From Octopus bimaculoides (taxonomy: Eukaryota): a stretch of 64,000 bases of DNA. Shown piece after piece: positions 14,049 through 27,699 of this stretch. The notes under the pieces are model-generated. The model saw only the letters and a program-made list of their open reading frames with translations, was not told the DNA's origin and did not search any database. The stretch lies in the NCBI RefSeq assembly GCF_001194135.2, contig NC_068982.1:39371991-39435990 (forward strand). The letters run 5' to 3'. Numbering within the stretch: the first letter of the stretch is position 1; each line of letters opens with the position of its first letter. The position numbers were made by a program, and so were the translations under genes.

Positions 14049-14805
14049 GGATCTTTTCTGTTTGGCTGCACTTTTTAAAATTTTAAAACTAAATGAAAAT
14101 TTTCAAATTTGGTGTATTGATGTAATTTTCCATGCTGAATCTCAGGGCCTAATTCACTCATTTCAGGTTTAAAAAAAAGTTACAGAGGTTTAAAGCTCGA
14201 TAATTTTTATCCAGTCTGAAAATAGGATTTGGAAGCTGTCATTTTATGCGTGACTGTACGTATTGTGAACATTGTGTATTTTAATATTAAACTATAAACA
14301 AATGAAATGTTAGCGGAATTCTGTGTTACGCACGCCATATAACCCCTCATAACTTTTTTTATTTTTTGAAATTTTCAGAAAAGTTTTACAAATTTGTATT
14401 CTACACACGGGAATTCATACGATTATGCAAAAAAGAAAGCTAGTGCGTGATTTAAGGCCTATTTACTTGTTATTTTTAGCACATCTCACGACCACCTCAT
14501 ACCTCATGTGTTTTAAGCATTTACTAAGCGAAAAATTACTAAGTGGTGGACAGGACAGGACAAGCAACAGAGGTGTAAGCAGCCTGGTAACAACTTGGCT
14601 CGTTGCTATGGAAATAGGCGCCTATATGTCTGTGGTTTGCGATTGGCTAAAATTAGCCAAAATTTGCAAACTTTAAAAACTATTAACTTTTTATTTATTG
14701 ATTTATGGTGAAAACGAATTTCAAATCAGTAATTAACATTACAAAGCTGCGTCATTATATCAAATATGAAGTCAATTGGAGTGGCAGCCAAACAAAAAAG
14801 ATCCC
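14049..14805. mobile_element. Non-autonomous DNA transposon (MITE) with about 25-bp terminal inverted repeats
   Basis: Left ggatcttttctgtttggctgcactt (14049-14073); right reverse complement gggatcttttttgtttggctgccactc (14779-14805). The right end is followed by TTAA. Confidence 0.75.
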
Positions 14806-14874
14806 TTAAATCTTCTTTGAGGATTAACAAAATTGTTTCCTTATTTGTTGTTTATTAACTTGATTATGGCACGC

Positions 14875-14879
<5 letters not shown>

Positions 14880-14924
<45 letters not shown>

Positions 14925-14933
14925 TTGTGTGTA

Positions 14934-14991
<58 letters not shown>

Positions 14992-15030
14992 TGTATGTGA
15001 GAGAGAGAGAGAGAGAAAGAGGGAGACAGA
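14880..15030. repeat. (GA)n tracts with a twice-repeated attgtgtgtatgt-type interruption
   Basis: Seen directly. Confidence 0.95.
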
Positions 15031-15779
15031 TGCACGTATGTTGTGCATTTCTGTAACGGTTTAAGTGTACTATACTGGGAAGACTGTCATCACATTCAAA
15101 TCATGTGGCTCACTTGGCAACGGACCCTCTTTGTTATAATCTATTACAGATAGCATCAGGTGCGAAACTTAAAATGTAATTTGACCATCTGTAAATCGAG
15201 TTGTTTTTAATCCTGCTATATCTGATTAGACACCATAAATACACTTCATAAACTTTCTAAATGTACCAAACTTTGATTCTTATATAACAATTTCTTGTAT
15301 TATTCATATTGCTTGCGTTAATTCCTTGTATTAATCTTATCTTCTAAATGAAATTCAAGAACCCAGATGACTGCATTGATATCAAGGCCTCTGATGTTTA
15401 GAACATGTGAGAGTGTACCAGAGGTATTCATTCAACCGCGAGATATAACAATCAAACATCTATTAAATCACACTCTCGTCATACAAAAAGGACGATACAA
15501 TATTCAAAAGATGGGGTATCAATGGTTGGAATACTTTTGTTCAAATGCCTGTCTAATTATGGTTGACCTGAAGCTAAACATCTACAAATTTGAAGAAAAT
15601 CAGATCACTTAATATAAATGGCTTATAATAAATAGTAATTTTACACAAAATAAAAAGCTGAAAACCACAATGGTTCACTCTCTCATTTAGTGTTGCATTA
15701 ACTCAAAGGTAATGATGGTGGATTATTCTTATTTAGTCAGAGATATAAGAATATTTAGTTAGAGATATAAGAATATTTA

Positions 15780-16040
15780 TGAACAACCAAGGTAATGGGT
15801 AAAGACCTCCTTTGGTCATGAATGATCATGGAAGTGCATGTAAGAAGTTCTCTAATGCACATGTCCAGGCAAAGTTAATAGAAGACAAGCAATCACCTAT
15901 GCATATCATTCTCCCCTCTCCACGCTACCGATGTTGTCCAAAGGAAAATTAAAGGCCGATACAATTTGGCACCAATGATGACGGAACTAATTTCTACAGC
16001 TGAGTGAACTGGAGCAACGGGAAATAAAATGTCTTCTTCA
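15780..16040 (-). mobile_element. SINE family C, 3' portion
   Basis: ctcccctctccacgctaccgatgttgtccaaagg...agtgaactggagcaacgggaaataaaatgtctt is homologous to 34450-34590. Confidence 0.75.
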
Positions 16041-17799
16041 CGAAAAAAAAACAAACAAATAATGAAAACAATATAAATCGTCTTAAAATAGCATTATCCA
16101 CAGAAAAAAACATCCCTAAATTCAATAAACCCACATCTCCCCTACATAAGGAAGCGCAGATATTAAATTAGTAATAATTGTGCTCTTCCCTAAACAAAAA
16201 TATTGAACCTCAATGAAGTACATAATCCACAAATCGTGTGACCGTAACCAAAATATATCACAATACTCTCACGCTCCATATTATATTTATTTACTCCAAT
16301 ATGTTGCATGCGAGACAGGTTAGTAACATCTTTACATCAAGACTGTATTAAGCATTAGAATTAGCTACGTATATCAGTTACAGCAAGATATTAAAATAAA
16401 ATTATTTAAAACCTGAATCTTAGAAAACTAGTAGTTCTATCCCACAAATGTTTAGATCTCGCAGAAAATACAAGCTTAATATTTATGTATGGGGAGAGTC
16501 ATACTGCCTTAATAACTAACACACTTACCAGTTCAGTTTCCACTCATTTATCATTTACATGTTTTCTTTTCCAAAATTTTCGTTGCTTTTGCAACCTTAA
16601 AGAAAGGAATTATTTTAATAACTGATTGTCATGAAAATTGCAATTTTTAAAACATATTTGTTGGGTCGTTAGATTTAAAAACTACAAAAAATATCAATGA
16701 ATGCGATTATCCCGTATGAAAAATGTGATTCAATGGAATAGAAATTTTGTCTCGATAAACGGTTTACATCACGAAATAACTATAAAACCTGTCAGAACTT
16801 TCATATAAGGCACCGACTATGTGTGCTTTATTATCTGTTTGTATTTTTATTCCAATTTATATAATATAACTATTGAGTTTTCTTTCCACTTGGATTCTGC
16901 TAACAAAAGCTCTCTGTGTCTTAAATCTACTCACTGCTGTAAGAAGCCCGCTGGAACTGCTTTCAGTTGATTACAGTAATCAAGACAGAACATTTACAAT
17001 TGGCTTATTAAATAAGAAAAAAAATAAGAAAAAAGCATTAAAATATTCAATTCACTTAAGTTTACATGAATGCCTCAATAGAGATAATATAGTTACCGTA
17101 ATCAAAACATGGAATTGACCTTGACTAACATCAGCCTGAGGCATTGTTTAGCACTCTTCAGTGGATCTCACACACGAGCGCGTACACACACACAACAAAC
17201 ATACATAAATGAGCAAATATATATGCATGTATATGTGCATATATATCCATATATATATACGTATATATCTCCATATATGCATATATATGCATATATATGC
17301 ATATGCATATCGATGTATATGTACATATGCATGTGTGCGTATGTGCATGTATGAGTTTACATGTGTGTGTATGTGTGTGAGAGCGTCTTATTAACACATG
17401 AATATATCGCGCTTCTGAAATTCTCGTTGAAGTATTTAAATATATTTTTGTTATGATCTAAAAATAAAAATAAAAATCCTGCCTTTTCCGTGTAATGATG
17501 TTTTAGAGCAACTGTAATGTAAGAGATGTATATGTATGTGCCTGTGTGTGTGTGTGTGTATATATATCATGCACATACACGCGCGCTCGCATAAATATAT
17601 ATAGACAGACACGCAGACAGACATAAAGAGTGGGAGAGAGAAGTTAGTTATACGTATATACATGCATGCATTCATACATATATACATATACTCGCATACG
17701 TGCACACAGAGGTGTCAACCTTTTCCAACACATAGAATAATAGAATAAAATTCTGCACTTGTCTTTCGCAAAATCATTATAATATATTCACTGGAATAA

Positions 17800-17985
17800 G
17801 GCGGCGAGCTGGCAGAAACGTTAGCACGTCGGGCGAAATACTTAGCGGTCTGTTGTTACGTTCTGTGTTCAAATTCCACCGGGATCGATAAATTAAGTAC
17901 CAGTTACGTACTGAGGTTGATCTAATCGACTGGCCTCCTTCCCCAAAATTTCAGGCCTTGTACCTAGAATAGAAAAGAATATATT
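17800..17985 (+). mobile_element. SINE family A with an internal deletion
   Basis: ggcggcgagctggcagaaacgttagcacg...gtgttcaaattcc (B-box-like)...ccccaaaatttcaggccttgtacctagaatagaaaaga. Confidence 0.93.
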
Positions 17986-18018
17986 CAATGGAATATTGTA
18001 TATACCATCTGTAATATC

Positions 18019-18146
18019 GGTTTCAAATTTTGGCATAAGGCCAGCAATTTCGAGGGAGGGTCTAAGTCGATTACATCGGCCCAAGTGCTCGGCTAGTACT
18101 TATTTTATTGACTCCGGAAGGACGAAAGGCAAAGTCAACTTCGGCA
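18019..18146 (-). mobile_element. SINE family A variant, 3' half
   Basis: Reverse complement of gacttt..gcctttcgtccttccggagtcaataaaataagtact...aaatttgaaacc. Confidence 0.88.
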
Positions 18147-19469
18147 AAAAAAAAATACCATCACATGTGAAAGTTACAGAAAGTTACCATCACATGTGAA
18201 AGTTCAAGTAATGGGATCGATTTGATGGATTCCACATCAGGAGCTGTTATCTGTAAGGTATTTGAAAGTTGGCTTCGGCATCCTTCTGATACTTCTGGCG
18301 GCTCTTTCACTACCCTTGGACAACATCGATAGAGTAGAGAATGGAAAGATGTCGCGTGGGAAAATTCTGTTCTCCTATAGAATTTGTCTCGGCCTGCGAA
18401 ACCTATCTAATGCTGAATCCTGGCCTTGACGAGATGTATGTCCTGCCGAAGAACCCAAAGTTAGCTAATTTTGCATTCTTACCATATCATAATGCATGCT
18501 CTTGTGTATATTTTCTGTTAGTGTTTGCTAATATAAAGTATTAAATACAAATATGAATACCATGATTATCAACATGCTCCAGGATATTTCGCATTTGCTA
18601 TTATTCTGACACAAAATATGTGGCCTGCTTGTTTGTTGCACCTTGTTTACCATTTTGTCCTTGTTCTTTTGCCACGTCATGTACCCAGTTATGTATCTAT
18701 ATGTACATGTAGATGAACGTATATACATACATGTACATATATATGCATATACTAATATATTGTTTATATATATATATATATATATATATACATACATGCA
18801 CACACATACGCACACATACACTCAGCATTGTATTTCTATTTTGTTTTTAATTTCAGATGTGTACACACGCTGATAACTCTAATTACAATGGATCTCTTAC
18901 GTTCATCAAGGTGTTGGACTTCAATACAAAAGAACACATGCACAGTGAAATTTGCGACAGGTTGGTTCCTAATGATTAACAACGATTAACATTTAGACTG
19001 TGTGTTTGCATGGTTGTAACGTGAATGTGTGTGATGAAATTACATTGGTAACAATGACAATCTAAGAAAATCAATTTAACATTTAATAGAGAAGCTACTG
19101 TTTAGTTCTAGGCCAGATCTAGCTAAGCGAGCATATAATCAATGACATTCCATTCTTGACCATTTCTTTTATTATTCAAACACAGGGTTACCGTAACTAT
19201 AATATGACTTTCTTTCAGACGGTGTGACATGAGAATGGAATCAGAGTGATATTTGGGTGCTATTTCTTACAGGTTGAGCGACCACGTAGAACGTTCCTCG
19301 TTTATTCATTTAAAAGAAATCATTTTTTTTTCCGCAAATTTGTAAATGTATATCTATAGATGATAATCTGTTATTTGAAGATGCTATGATGAAGATGCTG
19401 TGATTTGTAAAACCTGCTGTTGTGTTGTGGTTTTGAAGCACTACACTTTGACTGCTGCTTTCTTTTCAG

Positions 19470-19561
19470 TGCAGGACAATCGGGACTTAGAAGGGGCGAA
19501 AAACTGAGGGCTAAAGTTTGTGAAAACCATGTATAGATTCAGTGCTCTTGTTCTATTTTCT
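19470..19561 (+). CDS. Candidate start-codon exon (5'UTR plus MYRFSALVLFS) of an unidentified, possibly secreted protein
   Basis: Acceptor ctgctttcttttcag|; upstream in-frame TGA; aaaaccATG at 19529; 11 mostly hydrophobic codons; donor |gtaaga at 19562. No homology recognised. Confidence 0.35.
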
Positions 19562-20549
19562 GTAAGAATCTGGTATAATAACCTAATAATTACATGAGTA
19601 TACAAATAATGAGAAACGCGCTTATTGCACAGGTTTCGCTCGCACCCACGTCCACACACACGCACACGCACGCACATGCATGCGCGCACACACACACATA
19701 CACACACATACATACACACACAAATAAATAAAATAGAAAAATGATCTGAACTAAACAGAGAAATGAAAAATGGTGTTTAATGAATAATCGCGTAATTAAT
19801 CTAGAAATTTAGTCACAAAGATCAGTTGAGGAAAGACGTCTCACAAAATGCGATGGAGTATGTTAAATCTTCAAATATTTTCACAGATTTGATAGACTCA
19901 AGTCATACTCGCATACACACAAGCTGAAAAATATTGTGGGTAGATCGACTTTTCAGACATCGGCTCCTACATCTGTATATAGTTTATTTATGAGTAATGA
20001 TTGGGCTCTAAGTGTTCCTCTTCCCTGTTTACAGCCGGTGTTAGCCTTTACAACTGTTTATCTGCACATGTGGTCTCAAAGGAACTTCAAATTTTCCTTT
20101 CCTACCACTACACGATTATATCTTTGATTATTTATTATATTTAGTCTCCATTCACTTCATGATTCCCTGTGTAAAAAAAACCAAAATGTTGTTAGTTTTA
20201 TCACTGTTGTTGTTGATTTCTGCTGAACGTTTCTTTCCTTCCGGAATATATTTAAATGATTCTCATCTTTTAACCCATTTCGTGTAACGTCATCCTTTTC
20301 TATTATTGAAAATTCTTCGCAGGATGTAGTGTTGACGTTTGTAAATAGTATATGCTCTTATTTAGAGCGAAAATACAATGGAATCTTTTCTGTGTGATTT
20401 CAAGTTATGCGAAACAGGATCAGTTTTCCTCGAATGAAGTATTTATGCATTGGTTAGGAACTGTTATCTGTTGTTGTCATTGATCTTTTATTGTGACTTT
20501 TGATAACATTACGACTGTAAATACTATGTATTAATTTCAGTTGAACTAG

Positions 20550-21140
20550 CTATATTGTGATTCTGGTTGATATTGTGTTGCGCAGTAGTTTTTCTTGTTA
20601 TTCATTTTATATACAATTCGGTAATATTTACTAAACTTGTAAATTGCTGTTGAACTCTTGGTATTTTTGTAGCAATAGGTGTTCTGGTATCTACTTATTC
20701 CTAGATTAAACACTTCAGTCTTCTTCTGTCCACCGTCACCCTGCAAATTCATCATACTAAGGTAGTTCGCAAAGACGTAGTTACTAACTTGCTAATTATG
20801 TTATGTCGAAATCATATCTTACGAGAGCATTCAGTCGTCTCTTTACTATATTACTTGGTAGAATCACATTAATCTGTCTTAAGTTTTCAGGTTTATTACG
20901 CCCTATATTATACCAATACTCATCAGTAGTTCATATTAAGATATTAACCTATATTTCTGATGCAAACAGATTTCACGTCCATCATTGTATAATAATATAT
21001 GGCAGTGTAACAATTAACGTTAATCTATTCGTTAACAAACTGCCTGTAGTGACTCAAATATCTTTACAACTATCTATAAGAAAAATACGCTTTTTGGTCC
21101 CTGGTCACAAGAATAACCTTCTCTTGTATTGAATAAAAAA
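20550..21140 (-). pseudogene. Possible Penelope-like C-terminal/GIY-YIG relic
   Basis: Frameshifted pieces KKRIFLIDSC, MMDVKSV, GRNKPENLRQINVILPSNIV and SRYQN..KN..SST..SKY loosely follow the order of the PLE C-terminus. A weaker hAT reading is possible. Confidence 0.35.
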
Positions 21141-21609
21141 CTAAATGATGAGCAAAATACATAATCTCAGTATAATTTCAATACTTTTCATATCTTCAGT
21201 TTTTAGAAAATGAATTTAGTTTGAGAGCTGTATATCCATCATTATCACATTCAATTATTGCAAGTAAAAAGTTCACATTCTTAGTTTATTCTAAGTTCAA
21301 ATATCTTTTCAGCTGTTGAGAAATATATGCATTATACCAGATTTCTTATCGGTTTATGGGTAGAACGCTAGACTTGTGGCCGGACGATAAAAGTGATACA
21401 GCTCTGTAAAATGGAGAAACTAGCCTTTATATATACATGTAAAAGTATAGATAAGATCTTAGCTATCTGAACGCGCGGTATTATTTCCTACATGATTTAT
21501 TACTTTAATTGCAAATGCCTTTAGCAAAATCATGGACGATACTCCATGTTATTGTTACACGTGTTTTATGCATTGCCAACAACAACAAGTAAAAAAACTA
21601 AATAAAAAA

Positions 21610-21664
<55 letters not shown>

Positions 21665-21983
21665 CAATAATAATAATAATAATAATAAAAGGGCAAATCA
21701 AGATAAATGAAATCCTTGTAGTTATTTGCTGTTACTTTAATCTCTGTCTTGTTTAATACTTTAAAAATATTTCTAAGTGTTTTAAACTCTTTTCAACTCA
21801 GGACTGCTAAATGCTGGGTTCTTCATCAAATTTGGGTTTGTAACTATCAGAATTTCTGGATTTATCTTCTGAAAAATATAGTTCATAATTTTGATTTTTT
21901 TATACTCAACTAAATAATTCTTGAATATAACTTATATAACTGTCTGTCTGTCTGTTTCTCTCTCTCTCTCTCTGTCTCTCTCA

Positions 21984-22020
<37 letters not shown>

Positions 22021-22028
22021 ACACGCAG

Positions 22029-22061
<33 letters not shown>

Positions 22062-22097
22062 AACGTATGCATGCGCCACACACACACGCATATATAT

Positions 22098-22395
22098 ATG
22101 GCCAACTTGGGCAAGTGTCTTCTACTATATCCTCGGACCGACCAAAGATTTGCAAGTGGACTTGGTAGAGGGAAGTGAAAGAAGCCCGTCGTATATATAT
22201 GTATGTATGTATTTGTTTTTTGTGTCTGTGTTTGCCACTCCACCATCACTTGACAAAGTAGTTCGGCTAAAAGAAAGGGATAGAATAAGTACTAGGCTTC
22301 CAAAGAATAAATCCTGGGGTCGATTTGTTCAACTAAAGGTTGTGCTCCAGCATGGCCGCAGTCAAATGACTGAAGCAAGTAAAAGGATAAAAGAA
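22098..22395 (+). mobile_element. SINE family B, 5'-truncated
   Basis: ttgggcaagtgtcttctactatatcctcggaccgacc...ccagcatggccgcagtcaaatgactgaagcaagtaaaagg. Confidence 0.92.
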
Positions 22396-23410
22396 TATAT
22401 ATATATATATATATATATATANNNNNNNNNNNNNNNNNNNNNNNNNNNNNNATATATATGATAATTTACTATGTGTGATTATATTTATTTTCGCTTCGTA
22501 TATTTTGAATATAACATTACCAGAATAGGAATGAAAAGGTCTGGAGTCCATTGTAACGAGAAAAAGTGAGTCAGAGAAAGAGAGAGGGGGGGAGAAGAGA
22601 GAGAGCGAGAGAGAGAGAGAGTGAAGCATTAGGAAAGTGAAAATGAGAGCTAGGTTTAAACAGAGAAGAAAAAGATGAATAGAAATACACACCAAAATGT
22701 TTGATATCGATGTTTTTAATTATCTAATTCTCTATCTTTCTAAGTGTATATTAGTTAACAAAATAGTGTCATCATCAAGTGAAAATCTCTCATCAATCAA
22801 ACATAGTTGTTTCATAGGAAATGTGTTCGTACAACCAATGACAAGGACGTAAGCCAAGTATCAATATCATATGCCGTTAGTCACTCATTTTCTAGCAAAG
22901 ATTTTGAAGTACATATTAGCAAAGGAAATAATGGTATGTTTAGTTGAAAATGTCTATTTGTCTGTATCTTTAAGGACAATTAGTTCATGTAGCCAATGAT
23001 CTCCTTTAGAAGTGTGAATATTTAAATGACAATCATTACAAAAATAATCTAATAATGAAGAGTACTTAACAAAACATAATTTCCTTAAGCCATTATTTTT
23101 TACGTCACAGACACACCCGTGAATGTGTGCGTGTCTGTATGTGAGTGTGTATGGGTGTGTATGTGTGTGCGCATGTGTGTTCGAAAAAGAGAGAGAAAGA
23201 GAGAGAGAGAGAGGACATAGAGTTGTACTACATTCGGCCTTTGTACCAAACAAATCTGCCGTCCGATGTTGGTGTCTGTCGTGTATTGTAACGTATATAT
23301 TGCATTTTTCCAGTCGTCATGCAAGCTCTCAATAATCAAATGAAATTGTATGAGCAGTTATACAAGAAAGAATTACTGCAAAACCTTGAATTTAATGACT
23401 GGCTTGAACG

Positions 23411-23560
<150 letters not shown>

Positions 23561-23827
23561 AGTAACGAGCACCAATAAATGCTGCAACGTTACTCTGAAT
23601 AATGCAAATACATTCATTTTATTTTATATTCATTTTTTCTTTTTTTTTGTGTGGATTTTTTCAAGCCTGATCTGGCGTGAGGCAGTCCTGAAAATCACAC
23701 AGGCAATTCTATGTCGACTAAAAAGATCACACTAACCTTCTTGTTGCTTTTGATATCGACTATTTAATCTCAGCATTCAGAAAATCATCATATTCAAAAC
23801 TTTCTTTTATTATTTTGACAACATAAA

Positions 23828-24275
23828 GGCGGCGAGCTGGAAGAATCGTTAGCACGCCGGGCGAAATGCTTAGTGGGGTCTTGTCCATCTTCACGTTCTG
23901 AGTTCAAATCCCGCCGAGGTCGACTTTGCCTTTCATCCTTTCGGGGTCGATTAAATAAATACCAGTGGAACACTGGGGTTGACGTAATCGACTAATTCCC
24001 TCCCCCAAAATTTCAGGCCTGGTGCCTATAGTAGAAAGGATTATTTTGATAACATTATGGTGGCATGGTGGCCGAATTGTTAGCACGTCGGAGAAAATGC
24101 TTAGCACTATTTCATGTCCCTTTACGTTCTGTGTTCATATTTCACCGAGGTCGACTTTGACTTTCTTCATTTCGACGTCCATAAAATAAGGATCAGCTGA
24201 GCATTGGAGTCGGTGTAATCGACAGTCGACCCACCTTTGAATTTCAGATCTTGTGCCTATAGAAGAAAGAATTAT
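23828..24275 (+). mobile_element. Two head-to-tail SINE family A copies (23828-24043, 24059-24275)
   Basis: Each copy has the head, the gagttcaaat/gtgttcatat B-box region, the gtcgacttt..cc core and the cctatag.agaaag tail. Confidence 0.92.
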
Positions 24276-26529
24276 GTTAGATGATCAAACCTTTAGGAAA
24301 AGGTAATGATTACAACTCTTATATCAAGACTTACATAACTTTTAAAATATTCCATTTTTGAAAATCATTAATCTGCTTCATTTACTAAGTCCCGTAAGGA
24401 AAACGTTTTAATATGTTAAATAATAAACATTAGTGAACGCTGCCGGTCTACAGTATGCATCATCCATATTTCAAAATACTTTTTTCATCAGTTATACTAA
24501 TATTCATTGGAGCTAGTGCATGAATACCGATAGCAATTCATTCGGAAATATCTATCAATCTGCTTATCTATTTATCTATCTGTTTTCTAAGAAATTGCGA
24601 ACGTTCTTTATAAAAAATAGTGCGTCATAGTGTCTACACAATAATACCAGCAATCATTAACTCATCACAATGCATCTAGCAATATTGTTCCACAATGAAT
24701 AAAATAAAAAAAAAGGCTTTTGACTACGATATCAACATTAACTGGCTAGACTTCTTCAATGCCATTTTCTAATAATAAAAAAAAAGACACAAATTACCAA
24801 TTAGTCTCAATCGTTCTGCTACAATGAATATACAAGAATAAGAAATGACCTGCGATAATCTTACGATAAATTGATAGCCTACTTTATAAATTAGCGTTTT
24901 TTCTTTTAGTTATTTCATTTGCTTAACCAAATAAGAATCGAAATGAAATATAAAAAAAAAAACACAAAGGTGGAAAAATATAGGATAAGATAGAGAGAGA
25001 GTAAAAAAAAGAAAAGAGGAGTATAGTTCATTTAAAAAGGAATTGAACAGAATGACTAATATTATGATAATTTCTATAGAAAGGAAGAGGGGAAATCGAA
25101 CAAGTTAGAAAAGAGGTTTGAGTCTCATGCTTTAATTTTGTTGCTGTGCAAAGTTGGCATTTGTATACATACAAAGTAAGGTAAAAACAAACAAAACAAA
25201 CAAACAAACTACAGATCATGAAGTAAACTCTTAGCTCAGCAGATGTTTAGGTAATTGTTACTTGTCTCGATTACTGACCTTAATTAGTCTTAGNNNNNNN
25301 NNNNNNNNNNNNNNNNNNNNNNNNNNNNNNNNNNNNNNNNNNNNNNNNNNNNNNNNNNNNNNNNNNNNNNNNNNNNNNNNNNNNNNNNNNNNNNNNNNNN
25401 NNNNNNNNNNNNNNNNNNNNNNNNNNNNNNNNNNNNNNNNNNNNNNNNNNNNNNNNNNNNNNNNNNNNNNNNNNNNNNNNNNNNNNNNNNNNNNNNNNNN
25501 NNNNNNNNNNNNNNNNNNNNNNNNNNNNNNNNNNNNNNNNNNNNNNNNNNNNNNNNNNNNNNNNNNNNNNNNNNNNNNNNNNNNNNNNNNNNNNNNNNNN
25601 NNNNNNNNNNNNNNNNNNNNNNNNNNNNNNNNNNNNNNNNNNNNNNNNNNNNNNNNNNNNNNNNNNNNNNNNNNNNNNNNNNNNNNNNNNNNNNNNNNNN
25701 NNNNNNNNNNNNNNNNNNNNNNNNNNNNNNNNNNNNNNNNNNNNNNNNNNNNNNNNNNNNNNNNNNNNNNNNNNNNNNNNNNNNNNNNNATATATATATA
25801 TATATATATATAGATAGATAGATAGTGTGCACGTGCGCGCTATTTCTGTGTGCGTATTTGTCTTAGGTAACGTAAACAAGGTTATTATTTACTTATTTAT
25901 TTATTTATTTATATAGCAACTTGTGAACAATAATGTTGTTGGTTAAAAATTTCAACAACAAGCAAATCACTGGTTTACCACAATTCTAACGAAAGGAATC
26001 ACAAGAAAGTGTCTGCAACTTTCATTAGAACAAATACAGCAAGACATTATTCAAAGTGGAACGGCTTTTTGTTTTTTTCCCGATGTCATGCATCGGCGCT
26101 TAATATACACACGTGCACATACACATATGCACGGACGCGCGCGCGCGCACACACACACACACATTCGCTTGCACTATAAGCGTCTACGAAGTAATCATCT
26201 GCTGAATTCCACTGAGAAGACTTGGATTAACTGGAGACAATGCTATACGATACTTGATCATGTGCCTTGCAACGATATCGAACGTGGTCGCACAATGAAC
26301 TTCATAGCCGCAAGTATTGCAACACTCGTTCTGCATCGAGTTAAAGTTACTCCTTGGCATTAATGTTGTCTAAAATGCAAAATCAGGGATTGGTGCGTCA
26401 GAAACCTGTAACCAATAGCACTACTGGTCACCAATTGCGATATGTAATTAATAATTAAATTTGTTTATAATTAGCCGTCTTTTTCAGTTTCAATGAGATT
26501 CGATTTTAACGGAAGGAGTGGAGGGAAAG

Positions 26530-26619
<90 letters not shown>

Positions 26620-27011
26620 TGATTGAATTGAAGAAGAGGGAATGTGTAAATGACAAGATATATATATTTGTGCTCGCACATGGAATTAGCGGTGTGTATC
26701 CAAGTTTTCTTGGCAGTAATAGAAGCGGATGTTATACATAGGTAATGAGGTACTGACAGATTTATTCTAGCCGGTGTCTCATATCACCTGCTGTCGGTAA
26801 CCCTTGGCTATTCACGTAACCTTTGTGATTTGTTATACTGGCTGGCCTATAGCTTTTGGCACAGATCAGCAATCAATTCAACTGACCTTGATATTTGATT
26901 GGTACTGGCTTATTATATTCATAGCTGGAAAGAAAAAAACTCGTTGTTGACCTCAGCAGGAATTGAACTCAAAACGTAAAGTACTACTGTAAAAAAAAAA
27001 AAGAAAAAACA

Positions 27012-27278
27012 GGCACCGGCGGAACTGTGTGGTAAGAAGCTTGCTTCCCAACCGCATGGTTCTGGGTTGTCCCACCGCGAGGCACCTTGAGCAAATGTCT
27101 TTTACTGTAGCTTCGGGCCGACCAAAAACTTGTCAGGAGTGGATTCGTTGGATGAAAACTGAAAAAACCCCGTCGTATGTATATTGTATATTCTTTTACA
27201 TGTTTCAATCATTGGACTGCGGCCTTATGGCTGGATTTGGTTGACGGGAACTGAAAGAAACACTGAAAGAAACGCGTC

Positions 27279-27316
<38 letters not shown>

Positions 27317-27413
27317 NNNNNNNNNNNNNNNNNNNNNNNNNNNNNNNNNNNNNNNNNNNNNNNNNNNNNNNNNNNNNNNNNNNNNNNNNNNNNNNNNNNN
27401 NNNNNNNNNNNNN

Positions 27414-27460
<47 letters not shown>

Positions 27461-27670
27461 TGTGCGTCGGTGTTTTCCCCCACCATCACTTGACAAACGA
27501 TGTTGGTGTGTTTACATCCCTGTAACTTAACAATTCGGCAAAAGAGCCCCAATTGAATAAATACTAGACTTTAAAAGAATAAGTCCTGGGGTTGTTCGAC
27601 TTAAATCCATTTAAAGCGGTGCTCCAGCATGGCCGCAGTCAAATGACTGAGACAAGTAAAAGAGTAAAGT
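27012..27670 (+). mobile_element. SINE family B with a short inverted tail fragment inserted (about 27190-27235) and a central gap
   Basis: Head 27012-27185, minus fragment tcattggactgcggcc, tail 27460-27670. Confidence 0.85.
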
Positions 27671-27699
27671 AGTAAATGAATAAATAAATCATGTTGTTG

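Noticed and set aside
18190-18460. Complex segment with several plausible splice sites on both strands
   Set aside because: Mutually incompatible readings and no recognisable motif.
24450-24500. CTGATGA-aaaa/tttt-GAAA on the minus strand
   Set aside because: A15.1 would face C, and there is no stem I.
26160-26370. Cys-containing ORFs on both strands
   Set aside because: No domain pattern or convincing exon boundaries.
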